A stretch of 64,000 nt of DNA, from positions 32,001 to 96,000 of the forward strand of contig JBHLLT010000004.1 in the NCBI GenBank assembly GCA_048938855.1. The letters are read 5' to 3'. The position numbers and the translations under genes were made by a program. Source of the DNA: Promethearchaeota archaeon (lineage in GTDB: Archaea; Asgardarchaeota; Lokiarchaeia; Sigyniarchaeales; SOKP01). Every line of letters starts with the position of its first letter. The stretch's first letter is position 1. Below the pieces are notes generated by a model. The model ran no database searches and was not told where the DNA came from. It worked only from the letters and a program-made list of their open reading frames with translations. Shown here piece after piece: positions 1 to 10,300 of the stretch.

Positions 1-149
1 TGGACATCAAATTCGATATAATCTGCTTTTAATTCTATAGCTTTTTCAAAAGCCTTTAGGGTGTTTGGAGGTGCAACATTACTTGCTCCTCTATGTGCAA
101 TAATTAAAATTCGATTTTCATTGTGCTCAAAAATGATAAAGTTCACCAA
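1..149 (-). CDS. Glycerophosphodiester phosphodiesterase (GDPD family), N-terminal part; runs off the window edge
   Basis: Manual translation from TTG149/GTG146 gives ...[37 protein letters not shown], matching the GDPD AHRG..P(E)NT..AF..A....D.IE.DV signature. Not in the ORF track because it is truncated. Confidence 0.85.
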   Translation of the reverse strand, partial: MVNFIIFEHNENRILIIAHRGASNVAPPNTLKAFEKAIELKADYIEFDV

Positions 150-541
150 ATAAATTGAAGTTTAATCTATTCTAATTCTGATATTCTATTAAATAATTCT
201 AAATCTATTAAAAATAATTAGTCAAGAGTATTAATTTATTCAATTTTTCTAATAATGCCCTTTTGATCAAATACTTAATTATCTATTTTATCAAAAATTT
301 TATGGAACGCTTTGGTAAACTCTTTTATCTGACCATTGATCTTCTAGCTTTGTTAAAATTTTATTAACAGTAAAACTAGATGTTTATATATCCGTAATAC
401 TGTAACAATTATTTGAGTTATACGTTAAATTTATAAAGCTATAATATTTTTAATACTGATAGGTTGTAAGATTAGTGTTAGAAATAACACTATATACCGA
501 TAAATATAAATATTTGAAATAAAAGCACTGAGGGGAGTATC

Positions 542-796
542 ATTCGGTTCTGTAGCGAATGTGGAAATATGCTCGTTCCAAAGGACGGTAAGCTTTACTG
601 TAAAGCATGTGAAAAAGAGTTTGATTTGGATAAGTCAAAGAAAGAAGATTATACAATAGTAAAAACAATTAAACATGATGAAAAAGAGACTGCTCCTATT
701 GTAGTTAAAGATGGCTTCCGAGGAGAGAGAATATCTGGCGAGGATCGTAAAGCATATGAAGATCTGTTCGAGATAAGCGAAGGCGATGGCTACTGA
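542..796 (+). CDS. RpoM/TFS/RPB9-like N-terminal zinc-ribbon protein lacking the C-terminal catalytic ribbon; probable ATT start
   Basis: The in-frame extension of the 569 ORF reads (ATT)RFCSECGNMLVPKDGKLYCKAC, a complete CxxC..CxxC ribbon. SD-like GAGGGGAG at 530-537; upstream in-frame stop at 515. Confidence 0.75.
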   Translation: MRFCSECGNMLVPKDGKLYCKACEKEFDLDKSKKEDYTIVKTIKHDEKETAPIVVKDGFRGERISGEDRKAYEDLFEISEGDGY

Positions 797-970
797 GTTT
801 AATTATTTTTACGGTATATAATTAGATTACTTATTCTTCCTTGTTTTTGTCTGTATAATTATGTGAAATTAGTGATTAATTATACTTTTAAATTATTTTA
901 AGAGTAATTAAATTATAATTTGAAAAAAAATATCAACACATAATATACAAATTTAGAAATGTAGATTGAT

Positions 971-1366
971 ATGTCTGAAGAAAAGAAGGTCCGATTACAT
1001 GGTTTCGCGGGAATTGTGTCTAAGCAGGTTGAACCTTTAAACGAAAACGAAAAATTTAAACATATGTTCAAAGATTCTGAAGAGAAAGTTCTTCTAAATG
1101 CTAAAGATGGCAAGTGGGCAGCATTACTGATAATCGATAAAGGTGAAATCTATGTAGAAGGGGTTAAAAATCAACCGAAGGAAAATATAAAGAAGAAAAA
1201 TGTAGGTTGGAACGGATTATTACAAACTACCACGCCAATGTTTATGGAACTCCTAGGCAGTGAGAAAGTATCTATGGGTAAAGTCATTGGAAAAATACTA
1301 ACCGGGAAAATAAAGATTAGGGGAATTAAACATGTTTTAGTATTACTTAAATTATTTGAGCTATAA
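971..1366 (+). CDS. SCP2 (sterol carrier)-like lipid-binding protein
   Basis: 131 aa; C-terminal ...KILTGKIKIRG...L..L..LF pattern typical of the SCP2 fold. Confidence 0.55.
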   Translation: MSEEKKVRLHGFAGIVSKQVEPLNENEKFKHMFKDSEEKVLLNAKDGKWAALLIIDKGEIYVEGVKNQPKENIKKKNVGWNGLLQTTTPMFMELLGSEKVSMGKVIGKILTGKIKIRGIKHVLVLLKLFEL

Positions 1367-1792
1367 ATTAAGCTCGAAAGTGTTTGCTAAAAATTTCATT
1401 CTCTCTTTTAATTTTTCCTTATTTTTTTCATCTTTTAATGAATTAAGTATTACATCTTTATCATTATCAGTTATTCGATCCTGAAATAATTCAAGATACT
1501 CTCTTAAAAATATAATCTTCTTACTAGGGTAATTTTGAATTTTTTCATAGTATCCTTCAATGATATGATCAACAGAAAGTTCCTCTTCTTTTTCTTTAGA
1601 GGTAATTTGTCCTTCACGTCCTAAAAACTCTTGGATTACTGAATTTTTACTTATAATATCTCTAGTAATTTCTTTTAACATTTCATTTCTAGGTAATATT
1701 TTAAGGTTCGAAAGATATTGCTCTATCTCGGAATTTTTATTTTCAACTTCATTAATAATCTCAAGAATTTTATCTTTATTTCCACTTTCCAT
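1361..1792 (-). CDS. Hypothetical helical protein
   Basis: 143-aa charged ORF, convergent with its neighbour (6-nt overlap); no recognisable motif. Confidence 0.6.
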   Translation of the reverse strand: MESGNKDKILEIINEVENKNSEIEQYLSNLKILPRNEMLKEITRDIISKNSVIQEFLGREGQITSKEKEEELSVDHIIEGYYEKIQNYPSKKIIFLREYLELFQDRITDNDKDVILNSLKDEKNKEKLKERMKFLANTFELNL

Positions 1793-1903
1793 GTAATATT
1801 AAAGGTTAAATTGAATTATAAAATTTTATTAGAATAACTTACTTTTAGAATTGATATTAGGATTGATTTAGGTTTAAATTTAACTGAAAATAAAAATAAA
1901 TAA

Positions 1904-2632
1904 ATGAATGTAAATAATAAAGAGAAACTAAGAAAATTCCAAGATCTTATAGGATACGACTTTAAAGAAGAAGAGTTGTTAGTTCAAGCTTTAACTACAC
2001 CACAATTAGGAAATTTAATAGGAAAACCTAGTTATGATTTTTTAGAAACCTTAGGAGATGCCGTAATTAAATTAATATTTATTTTAAAATTGTATAAAAT
2101 GGATATAAAAAAGTCTGGTGAAATTACAAAAATTAAAGCAAAATTAGAAAGTGATAAAACTCTTAAACACGTTGCAAAACAGATAAAATTAGAAGATTAT
2201 ATTTTTAAAACAGAAAAACAAAAAATAAAGAATACTCGAATTTTTGCAGATATATTTGAAGCCTTATGTGGTGCTATATTTCTTGATTCAAATCAAGATT
2301 TAAATATAGTTGAAAAAAAGTTAATAGATCCTTTTTATGGGGATATTAATAAAATCATTCAGAATAGTATTATTTCTAGCAAAAATCAATTACTAGAATA
2401 TCTACAAGAAAAATTTAAAACAAATATAACTATTGCACTAGAATACGAAAAGTATGGGGTAGAGCATGATTTATTATGGATGGCTAAAAATCCACGAATC
2501 TTAGATAAAGAAAAAAAAGAATTATTAAAAATTCCAATAAAATTACAATCGAGTACGTTTAAAACAAAAAAAGAAGCGGAAAAGAGTTTATTCAAAAGCA
2601 TATTAGATTACTTAAAAAAAAGAGAAATTTAA
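1904..2632 (+). CDS. rnc: Ribonuclease III with degenerate C-terminal dsRBD
   Basis: QALT..., YDFLETLGDAVI (RNase III signature ERLEFLGD), ADIFEALCGAIFLD; the C-terminal KNQLLEYLQ...KTKKEAE resembles a dsRBD. Confidence 0.85.
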   Translation: MNVNNKEKLRKFQDLIGYDFKEEELLVQALTTPQLGNLIGKPSYDFLETLGDAVIKLIFILKLYKMDIKKSGEITKIKAKLESDKTLKHVAKQIKLEDYIFKTEKQKIKNTRIFADIFEALCGAIFLDSNQDLNIVEKKLIDPFYGDINKIIQNSIISSKNQLLEYLQEKFKTNITIALEYEKYGVEHDLLWMAKNPRILDKEKKELLKIPIKLQSSTFKTKKEAEKSLFKSILDYLKKREI

Positions 2633-2694
2633 GACGTTTCGCGAAAACATAATTCTTATATATTACATTCTTAATATAATATTACAGAATTAAG

Positions 2695-2943
2695 GTGGAA
2701 TTAATGAATCCAATGGAAAAAAAGAAATTTGCAGGTTATATTTTTATTTTGATCTCAATTGGTTTTTGCGCAGGTTCTTTAGCCTTATCATTTTTGACAA
2801 ATCGTATGTTAAGTTCTCAAATAATAGGCCCTTCTAATATACCAGATAAGATTTCTAGGTCAATACTTTTTGTTGGTTTGATAATCGCCCTAATTAATCT
2901 ATGTATCGGTCTTTTTTTCATATTAAAGTATCGCAATGCCTAA
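2695..2943 (+). CDS. Small two-TM membrane protein
   Basis: Two hydrophobic segments in about 80 aa. Confidence 0.55.
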   Translation: MELMNPMEKKKFAGYIFILISIGFCAGSLALSFLTNRMLSSQIIGPSNIPDKISRSILFVGLIIALINLCIGLFFILKYRNA

Positions 2944-3171
2944 ACATTATTTAAAATTTTAAATTTTTGGTTGTTTAGTAAAAAAGAAAGAGAAGTTCTA
3001 CTTAATTAGAAGCCGAATTTTTAAAAGAATTTTAAAATTTTCATATCTGTATAAGATTAGTTATCTCAAAAAGTTTATTTGAGCAATATTATATTATAAA
3101 GTTAAAAATTGAATTAGTTAGAAAAAACAGATTTTACAGTATTCGAAAAAATAAAAAAAAGAGAAGCCAAA

Positions 3172-4350
3172 ATGTCTAAATCACCAGTTTTAGAAAAGAC
3201 ACCACTAATGGAGCAATTTGAAGAAGAAACTGGAAAGTTGGCAATTTGGAAAGGCGAACTTTCTAAAAATTTTAAGAAATGGAAAAAACAGAAAAAAGCA
3301 GAAGAAGTTAAGCAAATGAAAGAAGAACTCCTCACACAATCTCGTATTGAAAAGAAAAAAATCAAAAAGGATGTTAAGGAAGATAAAGTAACTGGTAAAG
3401 ATTATGATCATTTAATTATAGTTGAAAATCTACACAAGACATATCTTTTAGGAACAACAGCTGTTGCAGCGCTTCGGGGTGTTGATTTAACAATAGATAA
3501 TGGAGATTTCGTTGACATAATGGGTCCATCTGGCTCTGGAAAAACAACACTGCTAAACTTGATTGGGGGTTTGGATACTCCAACTCGGGGAAAAATTTAC
3601 TTAGAGGGTCGTAATATTTCAATGCTTTCAGATAATGATTTAGCTGAGATACGACGCGAGAGAATTGGCTTTGTATTTCAATTTTATAATTTACTTCCAC
3701 AAATGACTGCTATGGAAAATGTTATGGTACCTTTACATTTTTCAGGAAAGTTAAGCCGCCGAGGTAAAAGGAAAAAAGCAATGGATCTCTTAAGATTAGT
3801 TGGATTAGATGAAAGAGCTCATCATACACCTTCAGAATTAAGTGGAGGTGAACAACAAAGAGTCGCGATAGCGAGAGCTTTTGCTAATGATCCAGCTATT
3901 TGTGTTCTTGATGAACCAACCGGTGATTTAGATTCTAAAACAGGAGTTATGGTGTTAAATCTTCTAAGAGATTTAAATAAACGTGGTGCTACGTTTGTTG
4001 CAGTGAGTCATGATGCCGCAGTATCAGAATTTGCTACTCGGGTCTTTCATATGAGAGATGGAAAACTTACTCATGAAGGAAAAATTGGTGGCCTAAAGGA
4101 AACTGAAATCATGCAGCTTAAGCGAAGACAAGAGACAGAAATTAATAAAGAAAAATGTAAAAGTAAAATTTTCCAATATCTTTATTCCAACCAAGGGAAA
4201 ATAGAAATTCCAATAAGCGAGATTAAAAGTAGTATTCCAAATTCTATAGTAAAGAATTTACCAGAACACTTTAATGACATACTACAAGAATTAATTGAAG
4301 AAAATAATTTCTTTGGTAGAATTGAAGGAGATATATTAATTTTGACGTAG
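3172..4350 (+). CDS. ABC transporter ATP-binding subunit (LolD/MacB/FtsE family) with N- and C-terminal extensions
   Basis: Walker A GPSGSGKT, Q-loop GFVFQFYNL, signature LSGGEQQRV, Walker B VLDEPTGDLD, H-loop VSHD. Confidence 0.95.
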   Translation: MSKSPVLEKTPLMEQFEEETGKLAIWKGELSKNFKKWKKQKKAEEVKQMKEELLTQSRIEKKKIKKDVKEDKVTGKDYDHLIIVENLHKTYLLGTTAVAALRGVDLTIDNGDFVDIMGPSGSGKTTLLNLIGGLDTPTRGKIYLEGRNISMLSDNDLAEIRRERIGFVFQFYNLLPQMTAMENVMVPLHFSGKLSRRGKRKKAMDLLRLVGLDERAHHTPSELSGGEQQRVAIARAFANDPAICVLDEPTGDLDSKTGVMVLNLLRDLNKRGATFVAVSHDAAVSEFATRVFHMRDGKLTHEGKIGGLKETEIMQLKRRQETEINKEKCKSKIFQYLYSNQGKIEIPISEIKSSIPNSIVKNLPEHFNDILQELIEENNFFGRIEGDILILT

Positions 4351-4395
4351 AACATTCTGAAGAATTAAATTAAAATCTAAACTATTTTACACCAC

Positions 4396-7347
4396 ATGAC
4401 ACACATTAAGCTAGTTTTCAAATATGCGTTCCAAGATCTAAAAAAACAAAAGATTAGAACGTTATTAGCTATTATAGGAATGCTTATATCCATAGGATTA
4501 CTTACAGTAGTCTTATTTTTATCAGATTCTATTGCAGTAGGTTACGTTGATTACTTATCTATAGATTCTGGAAATCAGGATGCTGTTATCTCCGTAAGAC
4601 ATTATAATGGGGAACCTAGTAATAGATCTTCTTATTTCGATTTCAATCCTATAATTAATACTATTCAAAATACATCCAATATTGTGGAGAATTTTATACC
4701 AAGAATGGAGATAAGAGGTTATGTTAAAAACCTTGTAACAGAAGAACTAGAATGGGCATCAATTTCTGGAATTAATTTTTCTTTAGAAAACAGAATTAAC
4801 TTTGGATCATTTCTAAATCCAAATAATGGGGAGTTATTAGATCTAGAGGAATTACCATTAGATCATTGTGCTATATATTATGGATTTAATGATCTTATTA
4901 AATATTCTGAAAATGATACTATTGAAATTAGTATGAGATTAACTCATGGAAATATTACTTTATATCAAACAAGAAATCTTACAATATCTAAAATTTTTGA
5001 TTATAACTTAAAATGGCCTGACAGCTATCGTAGTAGAAACCTGATTGTAGTTGATATCGATACATTGTATCAATATTTTGGATTAGCAGAATTTCATGGA
5101 AAATGTGATGATTTGATCTTGACTTTTAAGGCTAGTAGTGAACTTTATGACATTAGAAATTTTGAAAGTTCGAAGATTCTAGTTAAGAATATCGTGACAG
5201 ATATACAAATAGCAATAGGGATAAATCAGTACAATATTGATTTACCAAAATTACGTATTTTGGGTTATGCTGAATTACTAAGTGTTTTTATTGTAATAGT
5301 CTTTGTTTTCGTATCAATTGTAGCAATGATGATTTCTGGTGTGTTGATAAATGGAATATTGAAGACTTCTGTAGAAGAACGAATAAGAGAGTTCGGAATA
5401 TTTCGCACTTTGGGTGCGAATAAAAGGTATAATCTTGCTATTGTATTAATGCAAGGGTTTTTATTATGTAATTTTGGGGCTATTTCCGGTATTTTATCAG
5501 CATTTCTACTTTCCTATTATGCAATAATTCCATTTGCAAACATTGTTGTCGCAAGAAGCATGCTCGGTTTTGGTACAATACCTTTTTCTTTTTCATGGAC
5601 CTCTGTAATTATATCATATATAATGGGTATTGGTGTTGGGATGATTGTAAGCATTGCTCCGGCTTATAAAGTGATGCGTCTTCAATTAATTGAGTCCATT
5701 CACCCTTATCGCCATGAAGATACCCTATATCACCTTCAGAAAAAAGCATCAATTAATTATAAAATAATACTTATTGGATTAATTTTAGCTTTTAATGGTG
5801 GTTTTGTTTTTATAGTGATTCCCCAAATTATGGTTGCAAGTGATATGACTCTATTTGCCGGCACCTTAATAACAATTTTACTAATTTTCAATATAGGCTT
5901 AACATTAGCAGGATTGGGATTAATACCAATTATCATCAGACTTGTAATAGAACTATTTAGACCAATAGCAAGAAAGATTCACAATGTGATTAAAATTTTT
6001 GTTTTTCGATACCAGCGTAGAAATTCAAGCACTATCATCATTTTTGCTCTATCTTTTTCCTTTGTAATTTTCACTTCTTCTTTAATTAATACATTATCCG
6101 CGCAATCTACTGCTATGACAAAATTATCATATGGATCAGACCTCCTTATTGAAACCACCGGATGGGAAGAACCTGAAGATTCAGGAGGTGGTGGATTTTT
6201 TGGTTCTACTGTTTCTAATGATAATCTAAGAACAGCAGATTCTTCTATAAACCCTAATAGAATACTTACAGTCGATTTTGAAGAAGAATTAATGGCTATT
6301 GATGGTATTGAGAAAGTTAGCTCAGTCTTAGCAAAACCTTATCAACTAACTCAAATTTACGCAGAAGAAAATAAAGAGTTTAATGCTCAAATTGGTGATT
6401 ATGCTGGTTTATCAACCCAAGATATTACATTAATAGGTATTGATGAGGAATATCCTTTTACTGTGAGAAGTGAATTTATCGAGATGGCTTCAGGGAGTAT
6501 AGAAAATTCATTTAATGAACTTTTTAATGATAATGTAACCTACACTTGTATTATCTCTGAATCAATTGCATTGGACATGAATTTACGAAATGGAGATAAA
6601 GTTCGAATTGTTATTCAGCGAGGAGATGAAAGAGAAGTCTATCCTTTTCTAATTGTGGGTACTGCTAAAAGCATGTCAGGATTTTCTCAAGAATTTTCTG
6701 CTTCACTTATAATGGGTGGAAGAGGGGGTGTCTTAATCTCTCAACAAACATATATTGAAATTTTAGATATTCCTCCTATTCCTTATCTTGACAGAATTTT
6801 TGTAAAACTACGAGAGGATAAATTATCAGTATCTCATGAAATTGAGGATATGATTGACGAAAATTATCAAACTCAATATAATTATGATATAACTGATCTT
6901 GCTAGAAGCGTAGCACAGCAAGAATCGGCTTTTTTTGTATTAGATATACTGTTTACTTTAATAGCTTTAACTACTGTATTTATTTGTATTTTTGGATTAT
7001 TATCTTCATCTTATTCAACTATTATTGAGAGAAAAAAAGAAATTGGCATTGTTAGGACATTAGGTCTAAAGGGAAGAGAAATAAATAGACTGTTTATACT
7101 GGAATCCTTAATTATTATGATTAGTAGTGGAACCATTGGCATCGTTGTAGGGTGGCTTACGAGTTGGTTGGTCACAAGTCAATTAATGGGTACACTCATG
7201 GGGATGCCAAATGTGCTTTATGTACCATGGACTAACATAACTTTGATATATAGCTTATCAATCATTATGATATTTTTTGGAATGAAAGTATTGTTAAGAA
7301 AAGCAAGAAAGCAGAAAATAGTTGAGATTTATAGAGAGACGGTTTAA
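4396..7347 (+). CDS. FtsX/MacB-like ABC permease (two FtsX repeats)
   Basis: SVEERIREFGIFRTLGA and IIERKKEIGIVRTLG motifs; two large extracellular loops; about 10 TM segments. Confidence 0.92.
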   Translation: MTHIKLVFKYAFQDLKKQKIRTLLAIIGMLISIGLLTVVLFLSDSIAVGYVDYLSIDSGNQDAVISVRHYNGEPSNRSSYFDFNPIINTIQNTSNIVENFIPRMEIRGYVKNLVTEELEWASISGINFSLENRINFGSFLNPNNGELLDLEELPLDHCAIYYGFNDLIKYSENDTIEISMRLTHGNITLYQTRNLTISKIFDYNLKWPDSYRSRNLIVVDIDTLYQYFGLAEFHGKCDDLILTFKASSELYDIRNFESSKILVKNIVTDIQIAIGINQYNIDLPKLRILGYAELLSVFIVIVFVFVSIVAMMISGVLINGILKTSVEERIREFGIFRTLGANKRYNLAIVLMQGFLLCNFGAISGILSAFLLSYYAIIPFANIVVARSMLGFGTIPFSFSWTSVIISYIMGIGVGMIVSIAPAYKVMRLQLIESIHPYRHEDTLYHLQKKASINYKIILIGLILAFNGGFVFIVIPQIMVASDMTLFAGTLITILLIFNIGLTLAGLGLIPIIIRLVIELFRPIARKIHNVIKIFVFRYQRRNSSTIIIFALSFSFVIFTSSLINTLSAQSTAMTKLSYGSDLLIETTGWEEPEDSGGGGFFGSTVSNDNLRTADSSINPNRILTVDFEEELMAIDGIEKVSSVLAKPYQLTQIYAEENKEFNAQIGDYAGLSTQDITLIGIDEEYPFTVRSEFIEMASGSIENSFNELFNDNVTYTCIISESIALDMNLRNGDKVRIVIQRGDEREVYPFLIVGTAKSMSGFSQEFSASLIMGGRGGVLISQQTYIEILDIPPIPYLDRIFVKLREDKLSVSHEIEDMIDENYQTQYNYDITDLARSVAQQESAFFVLDILFTLIALTTVFICIFGLLSSSYSTIIERKKEIGIVRTLGLKGREINRLFILESLIIMISSGTIGIVVGWLTSWLVTSQLMGTLMGMPNVLYVPWTNITLIYSLSIIMIFFGMKVLLRKARKQKIVEIYRETV

Positions 7348-7362
7348 AGGAGGTAAATAAAT

Positions 7363-10300
7363 TTGAGAAAAAATAAGTTGATAATACTATCCATTATGCT
7401 TTCATTGATTTTTCTTACACCCATAAATTTTAGTTTAGAAAATAATATTATAAAGCTAAATAATGAAGAAGTAAATGCATTAGACCTAGAAGATGATAAT
7501 TTGAACCAATCTGATGTTGCTGGTTCAGATCTATATGCTGAGAAGATTAATGCTTTTATTGCTGGTAATAAATCCATAATAAAACAATCTCTCTTTACAA
7601 ATGACACAAATATTCTTTCCCAATTTGATTCACGTGATCCAGCTTTTTATAAATGTAACGTAATAATAAGTGTTTCGAATGGAATCAATCCCGAGATATT
7701 TCCAAATATATTAACCGAGAGCAATATTCCTTCTCAGTACCATGTGGGATTTAATGATTTTGTTGGATTTCTTTTTTATAATAAAGATTTGAATGTTCAA
7801 GATGCTGAAATGAGAGCAGAGAGAGCATTAGAAATAATTAAACAGAAATTCCAAATTGACCTAATAATGGTTAACGCATCAGAACCTAACTTCTTTCCTT
7901 TTGTTGGCTCTTGTCCAAATTGGGATTGTTTTTTTGAGGAACTTATACATAATTTTCCCATGGACGGGTATTGGAGCGCTTTAGATATAAACCGCTTGAC
8001 CAGCCAAAGTTACACACAAAATCACCATCTTTCTTCAACTTTTATGTTGCTTAATTCGTTAAACTTCTTTGAAGGGGATTTTGATATATCAACAGATCAG
8101 ATAAACTTCAATATAGAATCACTGGATTTATCTTTCTTAGAGAATTTAGAATTGCAGAACCTTGTTGACCAATTAGATACTGTATTAAAGAATTATGGAG
8201 ATATATTTAATGCTACAATTTCGGAAGAAGAATTAGAACAATTTATTGAAATTTTTAGTACATTTACTCTTTCAAACAATTCACATTATACTAGTATTTC
8301 AATTCAGTATGAAGGATTGGAGGAGGGAATACAAAAAGTTGGGAAAAATCAATTTAAATTCAATTTATGGGATGCATTAGGGTATAAAGGGGATCCATTA
8401 TCTCCAAGTGAAAAAATCTACATTGCATTGATAGGTGCTTTCATGAGTGGAATCGAAATTAATATATTAGGAACAGAAATCGTTGATATGACTCCAAATA
8501 ATTTTAAGTTTAGTGATTACCTTTTAGAACAAATAGGTTTACTTTTTCATCTTGCTGGAATTGATTTTAATACTCAAGATCTTAAAGATTATTCATTTGA
8601 TTTATTTTGGGTTGATATAGAGGGTATTAAGCGTTCGTATGTTATTCCAGTTAATCTTCAAAATCCTACGGATATAATTAATTTTTTGCAGCAAGTTGGA
8701 TTTCAAGGATTTTCTTCAATTCCAACGGGAATTCTTAATCCAATTAATGATTTATCAATAACATATAAGATTTCGAATTCTGAACCAAATATTTTGCTTA
8801 AAAAGGAATTAATTGGAGGAAATGCATCTTTTGGAGCATTTCAAAACTTTTCATATTACATTTCAGCAGAAAATGTTGGAAATGTAACTGCATGGGGTGT
8901 ACCTACTCAAATTCCATTTGAACTTAATGACTTTTTCCTTCTTATTACATTAGGAAATCAACCACTTGCAGATGAATTTCAAGATGCTATATGGGAAGTA
9001 GTCCGTATTGAATACCCTAATCAATATGATTCTTTAGAAGATTTTTTTAACTTTGATGAAGATCCAAGAATTTTTTACTTTGATTCATTTGGAACTGGAA
9101 CTTTTGATACTTTTTATCCAGATCTACTTAATTTTACTAATTTATCACCTTATAACAGAGATATGGATCATGTAATAGATATTATTATTACAGGATATCC
9201 TCAGTTGATTACAGCTTTAACAGTTTTAGGGATGACCCCCAGTGATCTTAAAGATTATTTTACCAATAGTTATAGTGTATGGAATGAGGAGAATTGGGAG
9301 CTTGCTCCAGGAGAGATTTTATCATATAAAATTAATAATTTTTCAATTTCAAATCTGGATACGTTTACTCCCTTTTATCTTAATAACTTTACAATTCATA
9401 CAACACCAACAACTCCTGAAATTATTTCAGGTATACCTCTTGAGGGAACTTCTCCAGAAGCAGCTTTATCAAAAGACGAGGAGAGTTGGATACTTGGCTC
9501 TGTAGAAAGTTTCTCGGAAGAAAAGGTTGAGATTAATTTTATTTTTAAAAATGACACGAATATTGATTTTACTAATAATAAACTGGAACGAGTGTCTTTC
9601 AAAGTAGATATCAATAGTTCCATAAACCTAGACGCTTCTAATTTTGAAGTTTTTGATTTTAATGTCGAAGAATTCAAAGATATGACTCCTTATTTAGATA
9701 ACAATATAAATAATAGTTGGACATTCTCAATAATTAATCAAAATAAGAATCTAGATTGGCTATTTTATCCATTAGATCAACAAAACTATACCGTACTTTT
9801 TAAAATAATATGTTCCAATTCTGGAGTTTTTAATATTTCAATCAATGATTTAGATATTGAATTTTCTGTAAGGGATATTAATTTTAATAATGATCCGGGA
9901 TCTAGAGTTATATATAGCTCTTCATTAGGTTATATCCAATTTGAAAGAACCTCGAATTCAGTACCTTTATGTACTTATGATGGAACATCAATCGTTGTAG
10001 ATGCTTATCTAAGTAATTATAGTTCCACTCCTGGTGAACTAAATACATACTTCATAAATTTCAAGAATATCGGCTCGCAATCGGCTAAAAATATAACTAT
10101 TTCTATGTTGATTCCTGGAATTATTAATTCTATCAATAATTTCACTCTCATAAATAATAATTTATCATATCATTTGGCAGAACTCGCTCCTTCTGAAGAA
10201 AGGACTATTAACTATTCCTTTTTTGTTCCTAATTCAATATCTTTTAGTAAAATTTCTATCATTTATCATAATCCAAAAAATATCGAAGGGAGTAATACAT

